From an archaeon (GTDB lineage Archaea > Nanobdellota > Nanobdellia > Parvarchaeales > Parvarchaeaceae), in contig JBBIPE010000001.1 of the NCBI GenBank assembly GCA_037443005.1, positions 1,634 through 65,633 of the forward strand: DNA of 64,000 nt. The letters are read 5' to 3'. Under the pieces are notes generated by a model, which saw nothing but the letters and a program-made list of their open reading frames with translations, had not been told where the DNA came from and ran no database searches. Of the stretch, positions 41,720 through 51,565 are shown piece by piece (position 1 is the first letter of the stretch; each line of letters starts with the position of its first letter). The translations under genes and the position numbers were made by a program.

Positions 41720-42421
41720 ATGAAAGTACCAAGGTCTAGGAGAAGAGGAAAAAGTAGGGTCTTTAGATTTGATGATTTCAAGGCCATAGCCGAAGTCAAG
41801 CTTCCAAGGCTTCAGGATCCTATGAATGCGAGAATCATGAAGATAATACATGATCCGTATAGGACGGCTCCTTTAATGCAGTTAAAATTTGAAAATGGAG
41901 TTACTGCTTTTATACCTGCGTTTACTGGCGCTTATGAAGGCATGTTAGTAACTTATATGAAAAGCGATTCCGCAAAAAATGGGTCTATGCTTAAGTTGGG
42001 AGATATACCAACTGGAACAAATGTTTATAATATAGAGATTAAGCCTGGTGATGGAGGCAAGCTTTCCAGGGCCGGCGGAAACAGCGCAAAGGTTACAGAG
42101 AACACTGGGAATGAAGTTGCATTGTCACTGTCAAGCGGAAGGGTGATAAGACTAAATCCTAAATGCAGGGCAATTATTGGCAGGGTAGCAAATGCCGGCC
42201 GTAAAGAAAAGCCATTCTATAAGGCGGGTAACAAGTTTCATCTTATAAAAGCTAGAAGCAAATACTGGCCTATGAATGCCGCAGTGGCAATGAACGCTTA
42301 CGAGCATAAATTCGGCGGGAAGAGAAGGAGTACGCAGCACAAGTCGAAGAGTTCTGCAAGGAATTCGCCTCCTGGTGCAAAGGTCGGATCGATTGCTCCT
42401 AAGAGAACAGGTGTAAGATAA
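41720..42421 (+). CDS. rpl2: 50S ribosomal protein L2
   Basis: IHDPYRTAP, PGDGGKL.RAGG, VAMNAYEHKFGG, PPGAKVG.IA.KRTG. Confidence 0.96.
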   Translation: MKVPRSRRRGKSRVFRFDDFKAIAEVKLPRLQDPMNARIMKIIHDPYRTAPLMQLKFENGVTAFIPAFTGAYEGMLVTYMKSDSAKNGSMLKLGDIPTGTNVYNIEIKPGDGGKLSRAGGNSAKVTENTGNEVALSLSSGRVIRLNPKCRAIIGRVANAGRKEKPFYKAGNKFHLIKARSKYWPMNAAVAMNAYEHKFGGKRRSTQHKSKSSARNSPPGAKVGSIAPKRTGVR

Positions 42422-42807
42422 TGGAAGAGTATAAATTCAGAGGAAAAAGCATTGAAGAGCTTAAAAAAATGTCGAATGAGGAGCTGTCAAAAATAGCAAA
42501 TGCCGATTTTAGAAGAGTAATAAAAAGAGGATTTTCCCCAGAAGAAAAGATTTTCCTTTCAAATATGAAAAAGAAGGCTATAAAGTCCAAGCCCATCAAA
42601 ACACATATGAGAGAGATGTTTATACTTCCGGATTTTGTGGGTCTTACAATACATGTTTATAACGGAAAGGAATTTGTGCCTTTGGAGATAAAGCCACAGA
42701 TGGTTTTTCATAGATTGGGAGAGTTTGCGCTTTCAACAAAGCAAGTCAAGCATGGCTCGCCAGGTATGAAAGCTACACGTTCAAGCGGGTTCGTCCCTAT
42801 TAAGTAG
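42421..42807 (+). CDS. rps19: 30S ribosomal protein S19
   Basis: KTHMREM.ILP, VYNGKEF, HRLGEF, ATRSS. Confidence 0.96.
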   Translation: MEEYKFRGKSIEELKKMSNEELSKIANADFRRVIKRGFSPEEKIFLSNMKKKAIKSKPIKTHMREMFILPDFVGLTIHVYNGKEFVPLEIKPQMVFHRLGEFALSTKQVKHGSPGMKATRSSGFVPIK

Positions 42808-42809
42808 AT

Positions 42810-43457
42810 ATGGCAGAAAAAACAATTACAAAAAGCAAGGAGGTAGCTGTTAAGAGTGTAAAAGCCGCAAGGCAGATTACACGGCTTCAAGTGAAAAGAG
42901 AAGGCATGCCTATCTCCCTTAAGCACACTCACGAAATAATAGAAGCTGTAAAAGGAAAGGATATTACAAAGGCAGTGAATCTGCTTAAAAAAGTACTTCT
43001 AAAGGAGGCTTATATACCTTTCAGAAAATATCCGAGCAAAGGACATAAACATGGTGTTCCATCAGGATTTCCGCAGAAAGCCACTAAACAGGTAATAGAA
43101 ATGCTTGAAGAACTAAAGAGCGATGCCAAGAATATGGGATTTGATGAATCAAAGATAACTATAAGCGGTTATTCCTTGGGGAGAGGTGGATACCCACGTT
43201 TTTCAGGTGGCAATATTTATAGACACGGGAAAAGAACCAATCTTGTAATTTATTCATTTATTGATCAGGAGAGAAAAGTGGTTGAGAAAAAGACCGAAAA
43301 GTCTGAAAAAACTGAAAAGCCCGAAGATACAGCTGGAAAGAATGAAGAAAAAGCAGAAGAAAATATTGAATCGTCAGAGGAAACAGTCAAAGAAGAGGGA
43401 GCTGTACAAGAAAAGAATAAAAGCGAAGATAACAATGATTTAAAGGCGGAGAAGTGA
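42810..43457 (+). CDS. rpl22: 50S ribosomal protein L22 with acidic C-terminal tail
   Basis: ISLKHT.EI, IPFRKY, G.FPQKA; position between rps19 and rps3. Confidence 0.85.
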   Translation: MAEKTITKSKEVAVKSVKAARQITRLQVKREGMPISLKHTHEIIEAVKGKDITKAVNLLKKVLLKEAYIPFRKYPSKGHKHGVPSGFPQKATKQVIEMLEELKSDAKNMGFDESKITISGYSLGRGGYPRFSGGNIYRHGKRTNLVIYSFIDQERKVVEKKTEKSEKTEKPEDTAGKNEEKAEENIESSEETVKEEGAVQEKNKSEDNNDLKAEK

Positions 43458-43458
43458 T

Positions 43459-44130
43459 ATGCTACCAAAGAAAATAATATCAAATAAAGTGAGTGAAGAA
43501 GCTGCTAGAGAGTATCTTTTCAAGAAATTCAGCAGATTTGGGATAAGTGATATAAAAATAGAAAAGACTCCTCTTGGGATGAAGATAGTGATAAAGACCC
43601 CTAAGCCTGGGACAATAATCACAAGAGCTAATCAGGTTCTAAAGGAGAGTTCGAAGGATTTAGGAGAGTATTTCAATCAGGAATCACCTAGAATAGAAGT
43701 AGAGAACTCCTCAAATCCTAATTTAGATCCTGCGATAGTAGCGGATTCAATAGCTTTTAAGATAGCAAAATACGGACCAATGAAATATAAGGTCGTCGCG
43801 CATAAGGCTATGGATGCAATTATGGGAGCAGGGGCCAAGGGCGTTGAAATAGAAGTAGGTGGAGTAATCAAGGAAAGAGCTGCACATTTTAAATTCAGGC
43901 CGATTGGTAGCGTGATGCCTAAAACCGGTCAGGTGGAACTTTTTGGGGTGAGAACTGCTAAGAAGCAGCTTGTCCTTAAAAGGGGATCTATAGGCATAAA
44001 AGTTACAATAGTCGTGCCGACTGAAACAATAGGAGGTATAAAAATAAATGGCGGAAGAGAATCTGAAGGATCTGGAGATGGAGCTCCTGAAAATGAACAT
44101 AAAGAAGACGCAAGGGCTACAGCCAGCTGA
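43459..44130 (+). CDS. rps3: 30S ribosomal protein S3
   Basis: KTPLG, PGTII, GAKGVEI.V.G, GSIGIKVTI. Confidence 0.92.
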   Translation: MLPKKIISNKVSEEAAREYLFKKFSRFGISDIKIEKTPLGMKIVIKTPKPGTIITRANQVLKESSKDLGEYFNQESPRIEVENSSNPNLDPAIVADSIAFKIAKYGPMKYKVVAHKAMDAIMGAGAKGVEIEVGGVIKERAAHFKFRPIGSVMPKTGQVELFGVRTAKKQLVLKRGSIGIKVTIVVPTETIGGIKINGGRESEGSGDGAPENEHKEDARATAS

Positions 44131-44218
44131 TGCTGGCAAATACAGACACCTTAAAAAGAAAGTTGCACAGCTTAAGAACGAACTTAGACAGAAAGAGTTG
44201 TCTCCTACTAAGAAGTAG
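44048..44218 (+). CDS. rpl29: 50S ribosomal protein L29 (short; absent from the ORF track)
   Basis: MAEENLKDLEMELLKMNIKKTQGLQPADAGKYRHLKKKVAQLKNELRQKELSPTKK matches the L29 pattern and its canonical position after rps3. Confidence 0.8.
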   Translation: MAEENLKDLEMELLKMNIKKTQGLQPADAGKYRHLKKKVAQLKNELRQKELSPTKK

Positions 44219-44266
44219 GCTAATGAACATTCAAAAAAGTTTTATTTTAATAGGTTCTTCTTAGGA

Positions 44267-45151
44267 TTATCCATTTATTAAGTCAAAGAGCGTATCTAAC
44301 TGCTGCCTTTTTGCCTCTATCTGTATCTTCATCTTCTTGTACTCATCTTCGCTTATTTTCCCTGCGGCAAAGTTCTTTTCAAGGTCCGCTGATTCTTTTT
44401 CTATATCCCTAAGCTTGTTGTTCAATTTCGTAGAACCCTGCGGTCCTATCGAAAGATTACTTGAAACAGCGTTTGCAAGCTGTCTTTTGTCAAGCTTGTT
44501 GCCGTACTTCCTAGATAATTCACTGTACATCTCTGTCATATCTCCTTCAAGTTTTGAATATGAATCCTTATCCTTGAATTTGCAGTCACCGGCCAGAACT
44601 ACCCTTACGTTTGCGGACTGTTCTGTAGGGTCATAGACACCTACCACTTTGGCCCATAAAAATATCGGAACTATCTTTTTTATCTCTAGAAACACTACAG
44701 TCAATATAAAAAACATTATCATACCGTATAAAATAAGTGCAGATGGAGAATAACTAAAATGAGTTATATTAGTGTATATATCTGAGCGGTAGGAGACAGC
44801 TAATAGCACTGCAAGTATTATACCTATTATAAGGCAGGCTTTCCATGCAATAGGGTATTTTGATCCTTTTTTGTTGTCTTTTGCGCTTTTTATAAGCGCT
44901 CGTATAGGCTTTGCATTACCACCGCGGAATGTTTCCTCAAGTTCATTATCCTCAAATTTTGAGAGTTCATTAAGAAGTATCTTGTAATCCATGTCCGTCA
45001 TATACTCGGAAATCTGGCTCCTAAGAATCTGCGGATCGTCGCTTTTTATGTAAAGATCATAGAAAACATGCTTCTTTTCAAGCTCAGAAGTGTCAAATTC
45101 CCTTTCATAATTCTTTATACTGAAACCTAACATAAAGATATATGATTTCAT
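44267..45151 (-). CDS. Membrane protein with two TMs and a C-terminal SHOCT-like domain
   Basis: Two hydrophobic helices; GKISEDEYKKMK motif. Confidence 0.75.
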   Translation of the reverse strand: MKSYIFMLGFSIKNYEREFDTSELEKKHVFYDLYIKSDDPQILRSQISEYMTDMDYKILLNELSKFEDNELEETFRGGNAKPIRALIKSAKDNKKGSKYPIAWKACLIIGIILAVLLAVSYRSDIYTNITHFSYSPSALILYGMIMFFILTVVFLEIKKIVPIFLWAKVVGVYDPTEQSANVRVVLAGDCKFKDKDSYSKLEGDMTEMYSELSRKYGNKLDKRQLANAVSSNLSIGPQGSTKLNNKLRDIEKESADLEKNFAAGKISEDEYKKMKIQIEAKRQQLDTLFDLING

Positions 45152-45196
45152 TTAAATAAATATGTATTATCGCAGTTTTTAGGCGCTGTGGATTAA

Positions 45197-45497
45197 CAAA
45201 GATAGTGGAAAATCTCACAGTCTTTAGAAGTGGGATGAAAGCGAACCGAAAAAACTATATAACAATAAAATACAATATTAAAAATATGGAGACAGTAAGA
45301 GCCTACAAATTCAGGATTTATCCGAGAGATGTAAACGCAGGAATAAACATACTCAAAAGAGCTACCTTCGGACAGAGGGGAAGTCACGCTCTACGAGATT
45401 CTATAAGACCTCAGGTTGTGGCAGGAATCAAAGAACTGAGAACATGCTCTGCAATAGAGGAGGGATCCACACGATTTGGCGGTTGGGAGGTTGTCAC
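45197..45497 (+). mobile_element. Miniature IS200/IS605 element copy 2, with internally deleted tnpB ORF 45286-45501
   Basis: Follows TTAA; left hairpin ATCTCAC..GTGGGAT; METVRAYKFRIYP fused to RDVNAGINILKRA; ends GGGAGGTTGTCAC. Confidence 0.9.
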
Positions 45498-45500
45498 TTA

Positions 45501-45977
45501 ATGGATATAGGCAGCATAGGTTTCATTATAATCTCGTTAATGCTTATTATCACTGCATTGCTCATGGTTGCTACGAGAAACATGATACATTCTCTTCTCT
45601 ATATGTTCATGTTTATTATCTCTGTAACGGCTATGATCCTTTACCTTAATGCAGTTTTTTTAGGGGTAGCAGAGCTTATAATATACAATGGCGGTATAGT
45701 CCTGCTTCTAGCGATAGGTATCAGTTCAATGCCGGAAGGAAAAATAAACAGACTTAATTCAAAGCTTGCTTATGCTCTACCTGTTGTCTTTCTTGGAGTG
45801 ATATCTTTTCTGCTTCTTAAAATGCCGTCATCATCGTATGGCAATACACTTAATTACTCTACCTTTGGAGTATACTTTTTTCAGAATTATGGTGGTTTGC
45901 TGGTTGTGCTTGCATTTACAGCGATAGCCAGCGTATTCTCTACAATATATATAATCAGTAGGGGTGATAAGCTATGA
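45501..45977 (+). CDS. nuoJ: NADH-quinone oxidoreductase subunit J
   Basis: NMIHSLL, A.FLGVAELIIYNGGI; start at MDIGS. Confidence 0.85.
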   Translation: MDIGSIGFIIISLMLIITALLMVATRNMIHSLLYMFMFIISVTAMILYLNAVFLGVAELIIYNGGIVLLLAIGISSMPEGKINRLNSKLAYALPVVFLGVISFLLLKMPSSSYGNTLNYSTFGVYFFQNYGGLLVVLAFTAIASVFSTIYIISRGDKL

Positions 45978-46276
45978 TACCGGAATCTTATTTTTTACTG
46001 CTTACCACGGTTCTTTTTGCTATAGGCTTATATGGTATACTATCTAGAAGAGAAGGCATATCTATTATAATATCATCCGAGATAATCGTGAATGCTGCAC
46101 TGATAAACTTTGTATCCGCTGCAAACTTTTATTCGAAATTAAACGGGATAAGCTATGCGTTAATCACGCTTATAATGGTTGTATTTGAAACTGTCGTTTT
46201 CATAGCCTTGATAGTGGTATTCTCAAGGAGAACCAATTCGTTATCGATATCGAAACTTAGGAGGTATAAGGGGTAG
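45974..46276 (+). CDS. nuoK: NADH-quinone oxidoreductase subunit K
   Basis: LFAIGLYG..RR, SEIIVNA, FET. Confidence 0.88.
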   Translation: MIPESYFLLLTTVLFAIGLYGILSRREGISIIISSEIIVNAALINFVSAANFYSKLNGISYALITLIMVVFETVVFIALIVVFSRRTNSLSISKLRRYKG

Positions 46277-46277
46277 T

Positions 46278-48026
46278 ATGCTTTACTTTATAGTTATACC
46301 AATGCTTGTGTCGGCGGTTATTATTGCACTGCTCGGCGAGAAAAAGAGTTTGAGCTGGCTTATAGCGGTAACCGGCTCGGCTGTTTCATTTGTAATCTCT
46401 GCGGCCATGTTCCTGTTATATTTCAATAAAAATATTATAGAGAGTTATAACTGGTTTTCGGTTTCAGGCTTGAACTTCTCAGTTTCGTTTATAGGGAATA
46501 ACCTCACGCTTTTTATGGCCCTTCTTGTTTCATTTATATCCTTTATGGTGCTTATATTCGCTGGTTTTTACATGCGGAAGGAGAAACAGTCAAGATTCTA
46601 TTCAGAGATGTCATTTTTTATATTTTCAATGCTAGGCTTGGTTATCTCAAACAGCCTTCTACTGTTTTTTATATTCTGGGAGTTTGTTGGTGTGACCTCA
46701 TATCTCTTAATAGGCTTCTGGTATGATAGAGAAGGGCCAGCAGTTTCAAGCAAAAAGGCGCTGCTTATAACAAGAATAGGGGATCTTTCATTTCTCGCTG
46801 CAATAATTATACTTTTCTCCTCTTTTCACACTTTCTCAATATCAAATATACTTGGATCTTTATCCATTGTGCCGAATTATGTGGTAATACTTGCAGGATC
46901 TCTTCTTACGATTGCTGCGTTTTCGAAGGCTGCACAGTTCCCATTTTATACCTGGCTTATTGATGCAATGGAAGGCCCTACACCGGTAAGTGCGCTTCTC
47001 CATTCAGCAACAATGGTAGCAGCGGGTGCATATCTCCTTATAAGGGTCCTTCCCTTAATCTCAGCTGCAGGTATATCTGATTTTATAGTTGTGATGGCAT
47101 TCATAACTGCATTTATAGCGGCTCTTCTCGGACTTAAAGAAAGGCATTTCAAGAAGATACTTGCATACTCTACAATAGAAAGTCTTGCCTTTATGTTCAT
47201 AGCAATAGGAACATTGAATGCCGGCGGCGCTCTTTTCTATCTTTTCACACATGCAGTTTTCAAGTCTATGCTTTTCTTCATAAGCGGGGTTTTGGCTGTA
47301 ATGTTCGGTACATATGACATATACCAGCTTAGAAGCAAAGGAACTGGAAAGACCTGGGTGATAATACCTGCAATAATAGGTTTTGCCTCAATATCAGCAA
47401 TTCCACCATTTATGAGCTTTTTTGCGCACTCTGCGCTTACATACAATTTTAATGTGTACGAGAATATAGCATTCGTTTTTGTTTCCTTCTTTACAGCTTT
47501 GTTTTCCTTCAGAGCATTATTTGTAATATTTGGAAAGCCGGCCAAAAAACCACTTAAAAAAGAGTTCAATACTATCTTTCCGATAATCACTCTTGCGGTT
47601 ATATCAACTATTGGTGGAGTTTTGCTGTATTTCTTCAGCGGTATAATATACACTCCGCATTCATTCGATTATTTCTCATTTATATCCCTTGCGGCTGCGT
47701 TTCTTGGTGCTTTCGTTTCCTATGCTGTATTCTATAAAGGCAGGGCGGTTTATTATTCATCAAAATTACATGATATCTCAGTTAAGCTTGAAGATTACAG
47801 GTACGAAAGATTTATTATATTCCTTGGCAATGCAGTTTCCTTTTTTGGAGATTATACCGCAAGATTTGACAGTGTGCTTGCAAATTCGGCATCAGCAGCC
47901 GCGGAATCTACATTTCGTCTCTCATCAATGACAAGGGAGATCGAAAATGGAGATGCGTTCAGATACTTAACCGCAGTCATTATAGGGCTTATAGTGGTTA
48001 TAGTATTGGCGGTGATATTTATATGA
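46278..48026 (+). CDS. nuoL: NADH-quinone oxidoreductase subunit L
   Basis: FWEFVG, KAAQFP..TWL.DAMEGPTPVSALLHSATMV, THAVFK. Confidence 0.95.
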   Translation: MLYFIVIPMLVSAVIIALLGEKKSLSWLIAVTGSAVSFVISAAMFLLYFNKNIIESYNWFSVSGLNFSVSFIGNNLTLFMALLVSFISFMVLIFAGFYMRKEKQSRFYSEMSFFIFSMLGLVISNSLLLFFIFWEFVGVTSYLLIGFWYDREGPAVSSKKALLITRIGDLSFLAAIIILFSSFHTFSISNILGSLSIVPNYVVILAGSLLTIAAFSKAAQFPFYTWLIDAMEGPTPVSALLHSATMVAAGAYLLIRVLPLISAAGISDFIVVMAFITAFIAALLGLKERHFKKILAYSTIESLAFMFIAIGTLNAGGALFYLFTHAVFKSMLFFISGVLAVMFGTYDIYQLRSKGTGKTWVIIPAIIGFASISAIPPFMSFFAHSALTYNFNVYENIAFVFVSFFTALFSFRALFVIFGKPAKKPLKKEFNTIFPIITLAVISTIGGVLLYFFSGIIYTPHSFDYFSFISLAAAFLGAFVSYAVFYKGRAVYYSSKLHDISVKLEDYRYERFIIFLGNAVSFFGDYTARFDSVLANSASAAAESTFRLSSMTREIENGDAFRYLTAVIIGLIVVIVLAVIFI

Positions 48027-49435
48027 TAAGCTTTGTTTTTCTCCTTTTAATCCCGTTTTTAGGCATACTGATTATACTGCTAAGGAATAGTATAAACAAA
48101 AAGATATCCGCAGAATTAGTTGCATTTTGCACTATGGTTGTCACGGCGGTAATTTTCGCAGCAGGCCTTGTTTTAGGCTTTACGTCTGTAAACTTTTCTA
48201 TAACTCCTGCAATAGACTTTTACTTCTCTCTAGGCTCCAATTTTATAACTATACCTTTTCTTATTTTGGCGACTTTACTGCCTATCCCCATTCTATTCTT
48301 TGCAAATAGAGAAATAAGACAGAATGGTGGGTTGTTCTATGTTTTTTATCTGCTGATCTATCTCTCTGTTATAGGAGTATTTATCTCTTCGAATCTTATA
48401 CTATTTTTTCTCTTCTGGGAGCTTGCGGTTCTATCACTTTTCTTCCTTACGAGTTTCTGGGGCAGCCGTAAAACCTCTAGAAAATCCGGCATGAAATTTC
48501 TTGTATTCACGCAGTTCGGGAGTCTTACTCTGCTTGCGGTGTTTATACTCCTTTTTGTATACACTGGCAGTTTTAATCTCTCTTCCATAGAGGCGCATAT
48601 GTCAGCAGTCCCTGCTTATATCGAGTATATCTCCTTTTTCCTTCTTCTTATAACAGTTATGATAAAGATGCCTGTTTTTCCGCTGCATGAATGGCTTCCA
48701 GATTCATACTATGACTCTCCAATGTCCGGCACTATGCTTCTTTCAGGTATTCTGTCGAAGCTCGGCGGATTCGCTTTTATATTATTCGGATTCGGCCTTT
48801 TCAGGAACGTCCTTATAAATCTCAGAATACCTTTGGTAGCACTGGGGGTTTTCACTGCTGTTTACATAGCCTTCACAGCTTCGGGACAGAGGGACTTAAA
48901 AATGCTTCTTTCATACTCAAGCATGTTTTATATGGCCCTGGTTTTCATTGGTATATCTTCAGGCATAACTACAGCTATAACAGGTTCGGTTATACTTATG
49001 GTAAGCCACGGATTTATAATAACAATGCTGTTCGGTATATCATACTTGCTTTTCCAGAAGACTGGAACTTATAAAACATCAGAAATGTCAGGCTTGATGT
49101 CAAGAATGCCCCTTCTGGCCTTTTTCCTTATATTTGGGGTTTTTGCAAGCTTAGGTGTGCCAGGACTCTCAAACTTTCCAGGAGAACTTTTGATATTCAT
49201 AGGCAGTTATTCCGTGGCAGGGATATCTCTTATAGCAATATTCGGCATAATGCTTTCTACAAACTATTATCTCAGGGTTATAAAGGAGGCTCTGTTCGGC
49301 CAGATTCAGAAAAAATTCTCAGGAATAAAGGATATAAACAAAATAGAATTAGTGGTCTTTTCATTTCTGTCTTTTTTCATCCTTCTTATAGGACTTTTCC
49401 CTTCACTGCTTATAAATGTTCTTGGGGGGCTTTAA
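48023..49435 (+). CDS. nuoM: NADH-quinone oxidoreductase subunit M
   Basis: KMPVFPLHEWLPD, LSKLG, SHG, GVPGLSNFPGE. Confidence 0.93.
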   Translation: MISFVFLLLIPFLGILIILLRNSINKKISAELVAFCTMVVTAVIFAAGLVLGFTSVNFSITPAIDFYFSLGSNFITIPFLILATLLPIPILFFANREIRQNGGLFYVFYLLIYLSVIGVFISSNLILFFLFWELAVLSLFFLTSFWGSRKTSRKSGMKFLVFTQFGSLTLLAVFILLFVYTGSFNLSSIEAHMSAVPAYIEYISFFLLLITVMIKMPVFPLHEWLPDSYYDSPMSGTMLLSGILSKLGGFAFILFGFGLFRNVLINLRIPLVALGVFTAVYIAFTASGQRDLKMLLSYSSMFYMALVFIGISSGITTAITGSVILMVSHGFIITMLFGISYLLFQKTGTYKTSEMSGLMSRMPLLAFFLIFGVFASLGVPGLSNFPGELLIFIGSYSVAGISLIAIFGIMLSTNYYLRVIKEALFGQIQKKFSGIKDINKIELVVFSFLSFFILLIGLFPSLLINVLGGL

Positions 49436-49436
49436 A

Positions 49437-50789
49437 ATGGAATATTTAAATCCAGAATATGTGATCTTCGCAGGCATTCTCCTAGTTATAATACTTGATT
49501 TTATTAGACACAGCCTCGGCTCAAGTAAAAAGTATTTTATACATTATATTACTGTCTTTATACTAGGTTTAGCTCTTGTATCTGTGGTTCTCTACGGCAA
49601 CATGAACATAAGTATGTTCTCAGAGACACAGTATTCGCAATTTATAACTGGCTTCATGCTTTTCATATCCCTGTTTGTATATCTGTTTATTCTCTCCGAA
49701 AGAACAGAGCATAGTGCAGTACTTGACATATCATATCTTTCGTCGGTACTTGGGGCCATACTCGTAGTTATATCTAGTAATTTCATTTCATTATTCCTTT
49801 CAATAGAGCTTCTTTCGATATCATCATATTCCCTTGTCTATATGTACAAGTCGAATAATGCCCTGGAGGGGGCGGTAAAATATCTTTCAACAGGTATAGT
49901 TTCGATGGTTATACTTATCTTCGGTATATCAGTCATATATGCAGGCGCAGGAACACTGTCATTTTCTTCACTGCATTCAATTTCTTATATACCGTTCATT
50001 GCAGGAGTTGCGATAGTGATTGCAGGGCTTGGCTTTAAATCTACTCTTGTTCCGTTTCATATGTGGGCTCCAGATACTTATGAGGCTTCAAATAGCTCTG
50101 TTACAGCGTTTATATCCTCTGTTTCAAAGGCAGCTGGACTGGTTGCAATGATTAGGGTATTTTTCTTCGCTTTGCCAGTTTCATCCGGATTTGTTACGGC
50201 TTTATTCCTTTCAATAGCACTTATAACTATATTTCTCAGTGCATTTTTGGCATCTGTTCAAGACAGGGTTAAAAGACTTTTGGCTTATTCAAGCATATCC
50301 CAGGCAGGGTTTGCCTTTATAAGCCTTGCAGTATTGACAACCAAGGGAGTCAATGCGGCGGTCTTCTATATCTTTGCATTTGCTGTTGCTGATGCCATAG
50401 TTTTTCTTGCGTATAGCCTATTCGAGAGCAAAAAGATAATCTATAAAAAGGATATTGGAAAGATGTACGAAGTGTCTAAAGTAGGTGCGATCGCATTTTT
50501 CATAGGGATATTATCATTGGCTGGGTTTCCGCCTACAATAGGATTTTTCGGTAAGCTTCTCATATTCTATGCGCTTTTAAGCAGTGGTTATACTCCTATA
50601 GTAATCCTTCTGTTCTTCTCCCTTTTAGTTTCCACTTTTTATTACTTCAATCTGCTTGCAGGTATGCAGTTTATAAAAGGTATGGCTAAAAGCGGTTCAA
50701 AACAGAAAATAAACCGCGAGCAGAGAATAAAAGAAGTAATCCTTATAATACTTACTGTGTCGTTGTTTGTAGGGGTCATTTTTGCATAG
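49437..50789 (+). CDS. nuoN: NADH-quinone oxidoreductase subunit N
   Basis: EGAVKY, FKSTLVPFHMWAPD.YE, KRLLAYSSI, GFPPTIGF.GK. Confidence 0.93.
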   Translation: MEYLNPEYVIFAGILLVIILDFIRHSLGSSKKYFIHYITVFILGLALVSVVLYGNMNISMFSETQYSQFITGFMLFISLFVYLFILSERTEHSAVLDISYLSSVLGAILVVISSNFISLFLSIELLSISSYSLVYMYKSNNALEGAVKYLSTGIVSMVILIFGISVIYAGAGTLSFSSLHSISYIPFIAGVAIVIAGLGFKSTLVPFHMWAPDTYEASNSSVTAFISSVSKAAGLVAMIRVFFFALPVSSGFVTALFLSIALITIFLSAFLASVQDRVKRLLAYSSISQAGFAFISLAVLTTKGVNAAVFYIFAFAVADAIVFLAYSLFESKKIIYKKDIGKMYEVSKVGAIAFFIGILSLAGFPPTIGFFGKLLIFYALLSSGYTPIVILLFFSLLVSTFYYFNLLAGMQFIKGMAKSGSKQKINREQRIKEVILIILTVSLFVGVIFA

Positions 50790-50829
50790 GTATCCAAAGC
50801 AATATAATTGATGTTTACTCATTTATTTT

Positions 50830-51525
50830 ATGGATATAGATACTCTGCCATTTAGTTTCAAGAGGGGCTTCAGAGCGGTGTTCTTCGGAGAATACGCAGT
50901 TATTGGAGACATACATCTTGGTTTTGAAGAGGAGATAAACAGCAGGGGTTACAATGTATGGGAGAAAACCGATGAGATATCCCAGAATATACTCTCTCTG
51001 AAGACAAAAAAACTTATTTTACTCGGAGATATACGCAAGGAATATACCTATATAAAACCGAATGAAGGCGGAGTTCTGATTAAATTTTTTTCAAGGCTTT
51101 CAGATCATTTTGATGAAATAGTAATAACAAAGGGAAATCACGATGGCGGTATAGAGAAGATAACCTCAAGGTTCAGTAACATAACTCTCAAAAGTGAATT
51201 TTTATGTAATGGCGTCGGATTTATGCATGGGCATGCATTGCCATCAAAGGAGTTATCGGTTAAATCAAATATTATATGTATAAGCCACTTGCACCCGTTT
51301 GTTTTGATGAGGGACTCAAACGGAGTATCCTACAAGAAAGACTGTTTTTTCTTCTTTAATCTAAGTCTCCCTGAAAAATCTTATCCGAACTCAAAATTAA
51401 CTAAAGGTATAGTGATTCCAACGTTTAACCAATATATAGGTGGCTCAGCCGATTTTGAGTCAAGAGGGCTTATGCGCTACGCAACGTTGGAGGCCCGTAT
51501 GACAATAGATCTTGAAATATTATAG
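50830..51525 (+). CDS. Calcineurin-like metallophosphoesterase
   Basis: GDIHLG, LGD, GNHD, HGH, HLHP. Confidence 0.9.
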   Translation: MDIDTLPFSFKRGFRAVFFGEYAVIGDIHLGFEEEINSRGYNVWEKTDEISQNILSLKTKKLILLGDIRKEYTYIKPNEGGVLIKFFSRLSDHFDEIVITKGNHDGGIEKITSRFSNITLKSEFLCNGVGFMHGHALPSKELSVKSNIICISHLHPFVLMRDSNGVSYKKDCFFFFNLSLPEKSYPNSKLTKGIVIPTFNQYIGGSADFESRGLMRYATLEARMTIDLEIL

Positions 51526-51565
51526 ATGGGAATCGTTATAAATCCAAACTATCATAAGTAATATT

